DNA of 64,000 nucleotides from a virus (taxonomy: Duplodnaviria; Caudoviricetes): IMG/VR virus record IMGVR_UViG_3300012952_003943, positions 1 through 64,000 of that record. One strand, written 5' to 3'. The position numbers were made by a program, and so were the translations under genes. The first letter of the stretch is position 1. The number at the start of each line of letters is the position of its first letter. Of this stretch, positions 9,648 to 20,600 are shown one piece after another. Below the pieces are notes generated by a model, which saw nothing but the letters and a program-made list of their open reading frames with translations, searched no databases and was not told the DNA's origin.

Positions 9648-10618
9648 CATATGATAGAGCCACTCTTTAAAGAGCTTATCATATGGTAGAGCCGGTCATT
9701 CCTGCTCCACTTTTTTGCTTTTTCTCTTGCTTCTATGAAATCTTGTTTTCTCATGTCACCTACATCATCAAAGGGTGCAACATTCAACATCCTGACTTCA
9801 CACCCATAGTATGATAGCCTTCTTGCAATGTTCTGTGCCTTTCCAACAGCATCAGGATCCATGGCCAAAAGTATAGGGGTAGAATTCTTAATAATTTCTC
9901 TAAATAATGCATAGTCTTCAGAAAGCGAAGACCCTAACAGGCACGTAGCATTGTCGTTACATTTCACTAAATCAAGCGGGCCTTCAACAAGCGTTAATTC
10001 AGAAGACCAATCAATATTAATTGCATTAAAAATCACCGTCTTCTTAGGGACTCTTGCATTTACATATTTCATCTTATTGTCTGCATCAATCGAGCGACCA
10101 ACAAAATAGTTTAAGTGACCATCTTCGTCGAATGATGGCATGACTAGCCTTCTACGGAACCTTCCGCTTGAGCAAGTGCCTAACCTAAAATACCACAAGT
10201 CTCGCGTCGTCAGGCCCCTAGAATATGCATAAGAGATTGTGTCTTTTATATCCGGATCGCTTGCAGACAGTGATGTTGATAGTAGCCGAAACCCACGAGG
10301 TATCTGGATGCTGATGTTTTCTTCAACACTATCTTGAGAAACTGCAAACTTCTGACTGGACGTCATATACTTCTTGCAATACTCATCGATATGCGAGGGG
10401 AAATATTTTCTTAATGTAGAAAGAAGATTTTTTCCCTTAAGATCACATACCCAGCAGTGGTGCTGGTCATTGTCTAAGCGAATAACTAGTTTTTTCTTGC
10501 CTGATGATGTATTTCCGCACTTCGGACAGCGTACAGATACATTGATGCCGTCATTCCCAACGACAACTGGCCCAAAGACCTTATAAAGAAAAGATATTTT
10601 TTCATCGACAGAAGGCAT
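9647..10618 (-). CDS. DNA primase (zinc finger + TOPRIM; T4 gp61-like)
   Basis: CPKC...HCWVC zinc finger, YFVGR, TOPRIM motifs LVEGPLD and MDPDAVG. Confidence 0.9.
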   Translation of the reverse strand: MPSVDEKISFLYKVFGPVVVGNDGINVSVRCPKCGNTSSGKKKLVIRLDNDQHHCWVCDLKGKNLLSTLRKYFPSHIDEYCKKYMTSSQKFAVSQDSVEENISIQIPRGFRLLSTSLSASDPDIKDTISYAYSRGLTTRDLWYFRLGTCSSGRFRRRLVMPSFDEDGHLNYFVGRSIDADNKMKYVNARVPKKTVIFNAINIDWSSELTLVEGPLDLVKCNDNATCLLGSSLSEDYALFREIIKNSTPILLAMDPDAVGKAQNIARRLSYYGCEVRMLNVAPFDDVGDMRKQDFIEAREKAKKWSRNDRLYHMISSLKSGSII

Positions 10619-10632
10619 ATATCACCTATCCA

Positions 10633-10662
10633 ATAGTAAACTTTGTGATAGATGATGTACAA
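10633..10662 (-). promoter_or_regulatory. Possible sigma70-like promoter upstream of primase (TTGTAC-N18-TACTAT)
   Basis: Found in the 71-nt intergenic gap, followed by a GGATAGGTG RBS. Confidence 0.35.
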
Positions 10663-10689
10663 TTGTCTGCAAAAGAAAAGTGGTGACTG

Positions 10690-11250
10690 CTACGGACTAC
10701 CTAAAACAAAGCCGGCTCTGGCTATAACGTAAGCGTCAGCCATATCAAAAGCTATGGGATCTAAAATCTCTTGCCCTTTTCTCGGCCCATTTTTTAGAAC
10801 CTTAGTCGGCCAGGTGTGGTCAGGGCCTAGCTCAGAAGAAGCCCACTCAACAATCTGCTCCTTAGTAGGTGCACCACCCTTTTTCTTTGTCACTATCTTT
10901 ATGCCGAGGCACTTTCTTGCAGCATTGACATTGATGTGGATCGGCTCAATATTGAATTGCTGGTACGACAGCAGGGATACAATCCCGTTAAACCTTGCTA
11001 GCGTTGATAGAGTTTGAGCAGACGAAAAGCCCCTACGAAATGACTGTAAGTTCTCTTCTATGTAGACATCTGATATGTCATGACTGATCATAATGTCGCA
11101 CAGTGTGTTTGATACCTCCTGTGCCTTCTTATAAACACTCTTTTGTTTGCTTAATGGAATACTGCCTATGTCAACTAAGGTACCTTCACGATTAACCACA
11201 CACCAACCAGTGCATGAAGTTGAAACATCTAAACCTAAAATTAAACTCAT
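10690..11250 (-). CDS. RuvC-like Holliday junction resolvase
   Basis: RNase H-fold acidic motifs ILGLDVSTSCTGW, VYIEE and DMADAYVIA. Confidence 0.85.
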   Translation of the reverse strand: MSLILGLDVSTSCTGWCVVNREGTLVDIGSIPLSKQKSVYKKAQEVSNTLCDIMISHDISDVYIEENLQSFRRGFSSAQTLSTLARFNGIVSLLSYQQFNIEPIHINVNAARKCLGIKIVTKKKGGAPTKEQIVEWASSELGPDHTWPTKVLKNGPRKGQEILDPIAFDMADAYVIARAGFVLGSP

Positions 11251-13763
11251 TAAAAATCTATCTTGACCCTAAACATATATTTGTCAATATCTCTCTTTAA
11301 GACAGGTTGGGCCAAGTTCGTCCTTGCTATAATATTAAGGTTTTCATCATGAAAGTTTATTGCAGTAATGTATACAAACTCGTCAGATGTTTCTGATGCA
11401 TAGTCTGAGGGTATGAGTTTTTGAAATTGCGGGTTAGATGATGAATTAATCTTTCCTGCAGGGCACGGAACCATAGCCTCCAAAATGTGAATGTTTTGTT
11501 CACCCTGAAAGGTTGTAGTGAACTGTTCTTTTCCGAAGTACGGTACCACGGGCGAAAGCACACATGCAATACCTTCATCATATAGAATATTTCCTACAGA
11601 GCTCCACACAGGATGAGATCCGGAACAGTCTGCCCTGTATAGTGATCCTAAGCCGTTATCTGCAAATTTTAGTTTTACTCGACCCCCTGATCCTGTGATG
11701 CTGTTGTCAGAAATAACGAAATTATTAGGGTATACTCTGTTTCCATAAAATAGGTTTGAGGCATCGAATATCGCGACCTCATTAGATGAAGTGTCACGTG
11801 TTCTTTGCAGTACAGTATATACCACACCTGTTGGTGCGCCTGGATCTTCAGGAGATGCACCGGCCAGTGTTTGAATCAACGAACTTTGAGAGGTGCTTTG
11901 CTCACCCGGCATGCCAGCATCAGGTGCAATCAGGCCTGGAAATATCGATGCAGAGGATATCATGTCTGTCAAGCTAATTATGCTCAAATCAGTGGTACCA
12001 AAATCATTGGTATATTTCCACAGAAGGCTGCCTGTTGTGGGATGGCTAGTGTATGTTCCGGAATTTAGTAAAAGAAAGTTCGGTTTAAATGTGCCGTTGT
12101 CGTTCGGTAAGACTGAAAGGTTCCGTTTCCTTACAGATCCTGTAGCAAATAAAAACTCGTTTGCAGTTGCCCACTCTGTGCTGCTATCGATTGTAGAGGC
12201 AGTTAAAAACAGCATTCTGGGATATTGTTTTCTAACAAATTCCCTAGTAAAATTCTCTAAATTTAGGAGGTGGCCACCAACGCCAAAAGATAGTGCAACG
12301 TTAAACGGATCATCCGTGGTTGTACGGTACGACTGAAATGGTGTTAATAGGACCTCTCTCTTTCTAGATTCAGGTGTAAAGAAAGGAGGAACATAGAACA
12401 TCAACCCCTCTTCAGAAGATATGTCTTCAACACCGGACTTCATAGCATAAGAAATATCATGATCATCCCTGTATGTATTGTAGACCTTTATTTCATGAAG
12501 CTCTGCTTCTAAAGGGTGGCGGAGAGTATATTCTGCGGGATCTTCCGTCCATGACCCGTTTGTGTAATCCGTTACACCTTCTGTGTAGGCAGCATTTGCA
12601 TTAAAGAATTGAGAGATAAAATTAAATTCGCTTAAACCGAAGTCAGCTTTATTTTCCCCTTCATAGAAATTTCCTATGAATAATGCATCCGGATCACCAA
12701 GGGGATCATCAAAATTTTGAGGAATTACAGATGATGAAGGAATAACAAAAGTACCCCTGTCGACGCCGTCGATTGTAAAGCTTCCTGTCCCATCATTTAC
12801 AGTATTTGTTCCCCACCTAATCGCGACGTGGTGCCACTTATTAAACTGTAAGGAATTATCATTTGAAACAAATGCAAGGTTAGCACGAGTATACTTTCCG
12901 TACGGACCGAATGTTTCATTTGAGGTGTATGTTCCGTCTTGAACCTTTGTCAAGTCAAGCTCTGAAGGTGGTACTTCTGCGCTGGATGAAAGCTGTAATA
13001 ATAGCCTATAACCATTAGGCTTGCCGCTAATATCAACAGAGCTGCCGGTTACAATAGATACAGCATATGAAGATGACATATGCATAACAGTGCCAGCGTG
13101 AAATAACCCATCCCTGGATATACTAGTATACCTTGGATTGATATAAAACTCAAATGTAAATGCGTCTGCAGGCCGATATACCGTCTCACCAGTCAGCGAT
13201 GAAGATTGCGCAGGATATATGAGCGATGATGAGGTAGGAACATCATGAGGATATTCGGATCTAAAAAAGTTTAGGGTGTGATAGTTTGAAACAGCCCACT
13301 GTAGTGATGGGTATTTTACCCTGTAATAAGGAAACAACACATCTCTTATTACATTCTTTCGCAGGGTATCTGCAGTTAATTTAAGAGAAGGCTCGAACCT
13401 TGTGACCTCAACAGCCTTTTGCTTTCTGAATGATACGGAAGATGAATTAACTAGATCTAAATACTTCTCTGCAAAAAACTCAACATTGGATGCTGAAACT
13501 GCAAAAATAGATCCAGACTCCACAAACCCTTGTGTAGACTGAACCCACTGGGTCCTATATGCCTCCACAGATCCAGTAGCATTAAACTCCTGCTCATTAA
13601 ATGCAGATAGCTTAAACGCTTCTTTCTCTATCGGACTTGATTGAGCAAAAACCTTTACAGAGCCTACGATTGTTCCGTCAGAAGAAGAGCTAAATGTTCT
13701 CCGGGGATGGGCCGTAAGTGACTGATTCTCAAAAAAGTCCGGCGTTAATGGTATGAGCGCCAC
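11250..13763 (-). CDS. Baseplate/tail structural protein with LamG domain and C-terminal tail-collar-like motif
   Basis: LamG pattern FTFEFYINP...KWHHVAIRW...LFIGN...ELHEIKVYN. The C-terminus YITAINFHDENLNIIARTNLAQPVLK is paralogous to that of 13781..15079. Confidence 0.7.
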   Translation of the reverse strand: MALIPLTPDFFENQSLTAHPRRTFSSSSDGTIVGSVKVFAQSSPIEKEAFKLSAFNEQEFNATGSVEAYRTQWVQSTQGFVESGSIFAVSASNVEFFAEKYLDLVNSSSVSFRKQKAVEVTRFEPSLKLTADTLRKNVIRDVLFPYYRVKYPSLQWAVSNYHTLNFFRSEYPHDVPTSSSLIYPAQSSSLTGETVYRPADAFTFEFYINPRYTSISRDGLFHAGTVMHMSSSYAVSIVTGSSVDISGKPNGYRLLLQLSSSAEVPPSELDLTKVQDGTYTSNETFGPYGKYTRANLAFVSNDNSLQFNKWHHVAIRWGTNTVNDGTGSFTIDGVDRGTFVIPSSSVIPQNFDDPLGDPDALFIGNFYEGENKADFGLSEFNFISQFFNANAAYTEGVTDYTNGSWTEDPAEYTLRHPLEAELHEIKVYNTYRDDHDISYAMKSGVEDISSEEGLMFYVPPFFTPESRKREVLLTPFQSYRTTTDDPFNVALSFGVGGHLLNLENFTREFVRKQYPRMLFLTASTIDSSTEWATANEFLFATGSVRKRNLSVLPNDNGTFKPNFLLLNSGTYTSHPTTGSLLWKYTNDFGTTDLSIISLTDMISSASIFPGLIAPDAGMPGEQSTSQSSLIQTLAGASPEDPGAPTGVVYTVLQRTRDTSSNEVAIFDASNLFYGNRVYPNNFVISDNSITGSGGRVKLKFADNGLGSLYRADCSGSHPVWSSVGNILYDEGIACVLSPVVPYFGKEQFTTTFQGEQNIHILEAMVPCPAGKINSSSNPQFQKLIPSDYASETSDEFVYITAINFHDENLNIIARTNLAQPVLKRDIDKYMFRVKIDF

Positions 13764-13780
13764 AATTCCCTCCGGAGCAC

Positions 13781-15079
13781 CTAGAAATCAAGCCTTATCC
13801 GAACCGTCAAATCCTTTTCGTCATTCTTCTCTACTGGCCTAGACATTTTTGCGACAGCCAACAGGTTGTCATTTGCATCATATAATCCTACAGTCGTTGG
13901 GAACGTAAAAGATCTCTGTGTATCTTCAGATCCTTCATCGATTACTACGATCCTGTTTTCTGCGTCAGTATATGTTGGGTTTGATGAATAATTGAACTCA
14001 TCGGCCGTTGCCCTACAGAATATCAATGTAGAGTTTATATTGGTAACATTCTGAAAGGTTGTTGCAGTAAGTGATCCCGACTGAAAGCGTGATGATGCCA
14101 AGTGATCAACGATGTTATCGATTGAGGCAGACGTAAAAAAGTCAGGAATAAAGAATGCATTTGCATTCGCCTGATTTGCCGGGCCACCGATAACCGTCTT
14201 TCCGGAAGATGCAGCGCCCTGGCTTGAGTCTGACATTGCATCAATGACACCAGATACTGGCTGCTTGCCGGCCATGACCTTTGATGCGTCAAGAACTGCA
14301 ACGCCCTGATCATAGAATATTACACCTACTGAGTGACTGGTGTCGGATGAATCAACAATGTTTCCTACCTCACCCCCGAATGTACTGCGTTTGTTAACTG
14401 CAGATCCTACATCCGTATAGATCTTCATGCTCCCTGTTGATGTATATAACAGGTTTGGGTTTGTCAGGGCCCTTGGACCTGTGCCGGCATCGGTGTAGTC
14501 ATCTCTATTAGAGTATCCACTCACAGCTGCGCTTGGCCACCCAGTTGCTTGCTCCTGGCTTGCTGACTGGTACATCCTGACTGCAAAGGTCTCTCGCTTA
14601 ATCTTATCTCTAGAGAAAAGTCTCTTAAAGTTAACAAAGATCGCTTCATCAATCCGGTTTGTGTTAGTCGTATCTCCGAATGGCGCAGCAAATGATGATA
14701 CCTTGTCACCTAACAGCACCTGGGCGTACTGTTCATATACCTCCACTTTTTCTCTCATCATAATCGACGTAGATGGAAATAATAATTTTCCAGTAGAGTC
14801 TTCGCCTGACTTGCAGTCGGCGACAGTCTGTGACGTAGCAAATAGGCCAACCGTCATATCGAATATCGGATTAGCCGTCTGTAGCGTAAAGTCTTGGTCA
14901 AATACTGTTTGAAACAAAGAAGACGTCACACCGGGACCAATCCCCCCGGTTACAAATACCTGGTATTTCTTTCTTGTTGTAGATCCAGAAACATCTTCCT
15001 GAATAATATCCACCAACTGATTTAGAGACGATCTAGTTGTCTTAATGTCAGCAGCTGAGATTTCCTTAAATGTCGCCAT
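13781..15079 (-). CDS. Tail/baseplate structural protein with C-terminal tail-collar-like motif
   Basis: C-terminus TTVGLYDANDNLLAVAKMSRPVEK resembles the second half of the P2 gpH/DUF3751 tail-collar domain. Confidence 0.65.
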   Translation of the reverse strand: MATFKEISAADIKTTRSSLNQLVDIIQEDVSGSTTRKKYQVFVTGGIGPGVTSSLFQTVFDQDFTLQTANPIFDMTVGLFATSQTVADCKSGEDSTGKLLFPSTSIMMREKVEVYEQYAQVLLGDKVSSFAAPFGDTTNTNRIDEAIFVNFKRLFSRDKIKRETFAVRMYQSASQEQATGWPSAAVSGYSNRDDYTDAGTGPRALTNPNLLYTSTGSMKIYTDVGSAVNKRSTFGGEVGNIVDSSDTSHSVGVIFYDQGVAVLDASKVMAGKQPVSGVIDAMSDSSQGAASSGKTVIGGPANQANANAFFIPDFFTSASIDNIVDHLASSRFQSGSLTATTFQNVTNINSTLIFCRATADEFNYSSNPTYTDAENRIVVIDEGSEDTQRSFTFPTTVGLYDANDNLLAVAKMSRPVEKNDEKDLTVRIRLDF

Positions 15080-15097
15080 CTTTTTTCCTCTGCCCTA

Positions 15098-15808
15098 TTA
15101 CTTTGTTATCGTTACTTCAAATTCTTTTACAGCACCTGACTGGATTCCTGCCATCCTCAGTACTGTAGATATTGTATTTTTATCGCTAGCATTTCCGTAT
15201 ACCAGAAACTGTGCATCAGTAATTGATTTTGTCTCAATCTCAACAGTCAGCCTTGACCCGCCGATTGCGGTTGTGTTAGGATCCCTAGTAACGATGTATG
15301 TAGCAATTGAGTCACTATCAACGTTATCAGGTGTTAAGCCCCTTATTTGCAAGAAGCGGTTTGGCACCTCAACAATAAATGCCTGATCTCTAAGCTCAAC
15401 GTCAATCGTAGTCTCGTTTTGCACATCTTGAGTTAGTGTAAGAGACCTAGCAGATCCAGCACCGGATCTTGTCATTGATAGGCTAGTTGCAGTAGAGTTT
15501 AATCCATCACCTGAAAGTGTAAATGTAGGAAGCCTGATCAGGTTTGGGTTTGAAACGCTAATCATTCTATTCTTCAGGCCGAGAGATGCGTTTGTTTGAG
15601 CTTCAAAAACAGGCGTGTTTTTTTCCACTTTCTCTTTTCCAACTGTGCGTCCAAACTTTTGTATGATAGAATAATCGACTTCATCATCTCCAAAAGCAAA
15701 CTTAACAATAGAAAATGATCCATCGTTTCTAGCTAAAAATGCTCGCCCTGTGTCTGTGAGGACTGCATCAATTATAATATTGTTTGTTGAGTGATCTAAG
15801 AATCCCAT
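15098..15808 (-). CDS. Tail/baseplate structural protein with N-terminal tail-collar-like motif
   Basis: N-terminus DAVLTDTGRAFLA...IVKFAFGDD resembles the first half of DUF3751; C-terminal part is beta-rich. Confidence 0.65.
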   Translation of the reverse strand: MGFLDHSTNNIIIDAVLTDTGRAFLARNDGSFSIVKFAFGDDEVDYSIIQKFGRTVGKEKVEKNTPVFEAQTNASLGLKNRMISVSNPNLIRLPTFTLSGDGLNSTATSLSMTRSGAGSARSLTLTQDVQNETTIDVELRDQAFIVEVPNRFLQIRGLTPDNVDSDSIATYIVTRDPNTTAIGGSRLTVEIETKSITDAQFLVYGNASDKNTISTVLRMAGIQSGAVKEFEVTITK

Positions 15809-15818
15809 GTGTTAAACT

Positions 15819-15832
15819 CCAATGGTAAATAT
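15819..15832 (-). promoter_or_regulatory. Candidate late promoter ATATTTACCATTGG
   Basis: Exact 14-nt match to 43981..43994; both copies are intergenic and upstream of structural genes. Confidence 0.6.
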
Positions 15833-15836
15833 AATT

Positions 15837-17627
15837 TCATTCAGAAGAGCGTAAATCCTCTACGTTAATCGTGACAACTTGTGCCTGTTGTCGATCGACA
15901 TTTAGTATCTGTAGTTTATAAACGCCATCGTTTTTATCCGTTGCTAAGAAATGCATATCCTCATTATTTTTGTCTATGATAGATAAGTATTCCGGATCAA
16001 AAAATACAGTAGCAGTAAAATGATTACTGTCTTTCATTGAATCAACGGTTAACCCTGCCTTAAGGTAAAAATTCGGATACGGCTTTGGTGCGCCGGACGG
16101 GGATATCATCTTTTTGACTAGAGAGTTTTTGTACCTGTCAAAACTGATCTCCATTTGTTCTGAGTAGTTTGATGTAAAGTCGTGGGCGTCCAAGCAACAC
16201 ATAGCATATATGTATTTTGAATCTTTGGTAAACTCATCGTCGATATAAAAAAGAATAGGGTTTGATGTATAAATTACTGACGATGCTCGAGGAGTCTCAG
16301 ATCTAGGTGTCGGAATCACACTATCATCAAAGTCATACTCAATCATTAGTTCAAACGGCTCATTTATAGTTTTTCTTCTAAATAGCTGAAATCTCTTTAT
16401 ATCTCTTTGAGAGTTTGTAGGAAAGTTCCACATCACCATTAGCTTATTAACTTGATAATCCCAAATGTACTTGATGTCTGCGGGGTGGGGAGGAGGTGCT
16501 GTCTCAATGCATTTTACCATCACTGAGTCTGAAGGCCTGGATGAGACTAGCGCGTTGATTGCAAAAACATCACCTGTCACGTCATTAAGCGCTTGCATTT
16601 GAACTAGCGCTATAGCCCTTACTGAATAAGAATAGCATGAGCCGTACTTTATCTTGGAGTCAAACCCGCTTCCTACAGTTGGGCTAGTTAAGACAATAGG
16701 ATCTCTCTCGACCATCATACCGTCTGACATTACTTCATGCTTGTCAATCACATAACCTATGACTTTTGCAGCATTCTTAAATTCACCCTGCTCAACCTTT
16801 TGATACGAAATAGGAACAATTGTACTAGAAAAATCATTCTCGGATAATGCAGCCAGCCTGGATCGTGAACGATACGCTTGCTGAAGGCTAGACAATGAAT
16901 TTGCAAAATCAGACATTCTTCCAGAGTATGGGCTTAAAGAATCTGCAGCAGAATCTCTCAATACTGAGCTAATAAACTTGTTGTTAATTTGTGAATATAC
17001 CTTAATCTTTCTTAGCTGCTGCAACTTGCTGACTTTAACTTCTGCATCTTGAGATGAATCAACATATGATACGCCATCTGCCTCGTTGTCAGTTATTAGC
17101 TCTAAAAGTGTGTCACCCTTCACTAGCTCGCTTGTCATCTCGTTTAAGACTTGCGCCTTATCAGTATCGCTAGCGTCGATGTCAGCCCTCATATTGACAG
17201 ACGCCCTGGTAAGAGAAGCCAACCTCTGTGCAATTGCATCGTCCTGTAATACGACCGCGCTGGTCCCTTTTGTCGCAATATCAAGTTCGCTTTGAATCTT
17301 TGAAAAGTTCTCAAGTATTAGTCGCTCTACGTCTTGTGAGTTGCTAATTTGTGTAACAAACTCATTATCAGAAGATGCGTTTGTCTTTACAGTGACTGCA
17401 CCAAATGAAAACTTCACAAACCTAGGGACTCTTGCCTCGATATTTCTTAGCTGGCTTGGGGTCAACGTGAGGTCGTTAGAGGCTGCAGAGCCAGCTGCCC
17501 TGGGATCTCCGGAGTCATCTAACTTTTCGTCAGGTACAAAAAAGTTGTATGAAAACTGTGCATCAAAACCTTTTGGCTCTGGAACGTCTATAGAGGTTAT
17601 AACCATAGAGGGAAATGACGTTGGCAT
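15837..17627 (-). CDS. Putative virion structural protein (FN3/Ig-like beta-sandwich motifs)
   Basis: 596 aa; contains KYGSCYSYSVRA and KYIYAMCCLD FN3-like strands; lies within the tail module. Confidence 0.55.
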   Translation of the reverse strand: MPTSFPSMVITSIDVPEPKGFDAQFSYNFFVPDEKLDDSGDPRAAGSAASNDLTLTPSQLRNIEARVPRFVKFSFGAVTVKTNASSDNEFVTQISNSQDVERLILENFSKIQSELDIATKGTSAVVLQDDAIAQRLASLTRASVNMRADIDASDTDKAQVLNEMTSELVKGDTLLELITDNEADGVSYVDSSQDAEVKVSKLQQLRKIKVYSQINNKFISSVLRDSAADSLSPYSGRMSDFANSLSSLQQAYRSRSRLAALSENDFSSTIVPISYQKVEQGEFKNAAKVIGYVIDKHEVMSDGMMVERDPIVLTSPTVGSGFDSKIKYGSCYSYSVRAIALVQMQALNDVTGDVFAINALVSSRPSDSVMVKCIETAPPPHPADIKYIWDYQVNKLMVMWNFPTNSQRDIKRFQLFRRKTINEPFELMIEYDFDDSVIPTPRSETPRASSVIYTSNPILFYIDDEFTKDSKYIYAMCCLDAHDFTSNYSEQMEISFDRYKNSLVKKMISPSGAPKPYPNFYLKAGLTVDSMKDSNHFTATVFFDPEYLSIIDKNNEDMHFLATDKNDGVYKLQILNVDRQQAQVVTINVEDLRSSE

Positions 17628-20600
17628 TATTCTCCTCCCTCATGACCTAATGACACAGTAACAAAAAACTCGCTGAATGAACTATAGTTTTCAGATCTGG
17701 CCCTTGGCTTAAGCCTATACGTGGTATTTCCTGCATCATCCATAACCTCTTGTGTTAATTCTGATAATAGCTTACTATTGTACATTTGTTTACCAGCATC
17801 TGTCTCTCTAGTTGCATCTATATCTATATCAAAATCATCAGGTTCTACGGCAAGCATAAATACTCTATCAAATACCTTAGGTGCAATTATCCTTTGTTTC
17901 ATAATCGCTGAAGAGAATAAATTCGACGAACATAACATTCTAAAATTGTCTAAGTCTGCATATGATAGTTCAGGGCGCTCTAGCTCTTCCTGTGTATCAT
18001 CGCCTGTCGTCAAGACTTCATTTATCGACGGAACTAAGTATCTCTTTGCTGAAAACTCATTTGCGACACGTACGGTTGTTGTTCCTCTCGTGGTAACTGT
18101 CCTTAGAAGATTTGAGACTGGAACATCACCAGTAGTAATAAATGGGGCAACAGCCTCACTAGTCTCAGAAAGCATCAGCGTGCTCATTCCGTCGGAATCA
18201 ATAGTAAGATCCAGGACGCTGTCACTCTCTGTAAACGTAGATTCAGTGATATTCATCCCAAACAGGAGTTGATAGTACAACTTTAGAATGTAATCAACGG
18301 CATGGTTAGAAAGCATCTTTCCTACTGATAGGTTATCAATTGAGCTATATACATTGTTCTCTATTATCTCATTACCCAACATGGATGATCGTTCTTCAGA
18401 GTATGTTATTTTGCTAAATTTGACTTTTGAAGAAAGCATGCTTTGTAACGTATCTCTTTTATCATCAATCTCTTCAAAAGCACCGGGCATTAAAAACATG
18501 GATGCATCAAACAAAAATGTCTTAGGCTTAAATACTAGATCTCCAAACTCTAAGTCGCGCTTGTACACATTGACCTTTATGACAGCCTCGTCAGACAGCG
18601 ACTCAGTAGACACTTTTTTTCCTAAAATATATGGTGGGTTTAGTAGCGCACCAATCATTCCTGCAGGAATCCCCACTGATAGAACCCTGACATTTTCAGC
18701 AGTTATTCCAGAAAGGTAAGGATCCTTAAGGATAACACGCATGGCATTTACCTCATTCTCGGTTATCGTTCTTTGAGATGAAATGTAAGAATCATTTGTG
18801 TTTTCTGCAGATAGTTCTTTTGATAATACTCTCATAAGCCTTACCTGACTATCTGAAAGGGAAGACAGGATCCTTCTACCCATAGGGTTTCCTGTCATAA
18901 CTTTTAGTGACTTTTTAATGTCGCTGGTAGAGTTCCTTAAGTCTAAAAAGTCAGATAACCTAACCGCAGACTCATTGACTGAAGTCCCTAACGCATCCAG
19001 TATTGCTAGACCATTTTTAATAAACTCTAAATCAGTAACTAGCGACTCTAACGTCGAGTACATATTGTCAAAAACCGCATCAGAGTCTTCTGAGTCGTCA
19101 TTTTGATTTGCAGCAGCCGTCAAAGACATTGACCCTCTTTCGGCTAGAAGATCTCTAGACATTTGAGAGAATGAAGTAGAGCGCTTTGACCTGGTCTCCC
19201 TAAGCCGATCCACAATCAGCTTGTCTTTTACTTTAGCAATTCCTAAAAGCTCACCGATAGCGTCTTTTGTGTTTTCATTTGAGTCAACCTTAAACGCTGT
19301 ATAGTTTTTGCCCTTAATGTTGACAGCCGTAGATGACACATACCTAGAAGTGAGATTGATGAATATTTCAAAGACTAGCATCAAAATCGCATCTTCATCA
19401 AGCTTGTTCCAGAGTGTTGTGCCCTCATCAGTAAATGTAGAAGATCCGCTATCCCTTCGTGATAAGTCTGCAGCACTAGCCTGTAGGGTTTTTGAAAAGT
19501 CTAATATAGAGGTCAACAAATCTTTTGATCTTCTAGTTGTACTGGAGAGAGAAAGCATCGTAGTATACACAGACTCAGGATCAACACGGTATCTCCTAAA
19601 CCCTCTCGACTCTCTAGTAGATGCTTTTTCTATGTTTTCCTCATAGTGGCCAGCTATTTCTTTGCTAATGTCTGCCAGCGGATTCTTGATCGCGTTTGCT
19701 ATAATCTTTGGATCAATCCTCGGTACCGCCGTTAAGTTTGAGTTAGGAAATGCTTTGGATGTGTTCTTTGACATCTGAGGTGCTGACGTTCCTACAGTAC
19801 TTAGGGTTGACCTTCGTGTGTGCCTTCTTGATCTACTCTTAACCTGCGTTTCTCTCCTAAACGGCTTCAGTTGCCTCGAATCTTTAGATCCCTTAGTGGT
19901 ATCATCCAAAATATCGCGAAGCTGCATTAAATATAGGAACACTGCATGCCTCATCGTCCGATCATCTTTACACTGCCTCAGCAAAGAAGCAATTATGAGC
20001 TGGCGTTTATCGACGTTCGTTTTTGAAGACATACCGCTAATACACTCATGAACAGATCTTAGTGCATCACGATAGATTGATGAAGGAAACAACGTTTCGT
20101 CTTCATCATCAGTGTTAACGAGTAGCGACAAAAACTCAGTCGCATCGCTTGTTACCTTGTTAAATTCATTTGCAAATGCTACATACGGCCCAACGTCTAG
20201 TGGTTTCCTTGTAACTTTAGGATCTAGAGGTCCCCGTAAAGCAACATCAATAAATGCAAAGCTTCCTGGATAGAAAACTTGATTTCTGCTATCACGAAAA
20301 GGCCGAGTCTCAAAAGGAAGTATCTTGTTTCCTGATGAGTCTTCAATTATCATAAAGTCAGCTATGCTTCCCTTTGGCCGAGTTGCAGATAATATTGTTC
20401 TCCCTGTATCACCTAAAGACTGATGCAGTCCGGCTGATCTGCTGTCTGCTACCTTGAACCGTTTCCCTAGAGTTTTATTTTTAAGGTACCCTATTCCAGC
20501 AGACATTGTTAGCTCTCTAGACAATGAAACAATAAGCAGCTTAAGTGTTGATTCTAAGTCTGTGGGTAAAGAGTCGAGAAATGTCATATAATCATTCGAG

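Noticed and set aside
10668-10700. Possible intrinsic terminator after the RuvC-like gene (TTTTCTTTT tract)
   Set aside because: The upstream stem is weak and mismatched.
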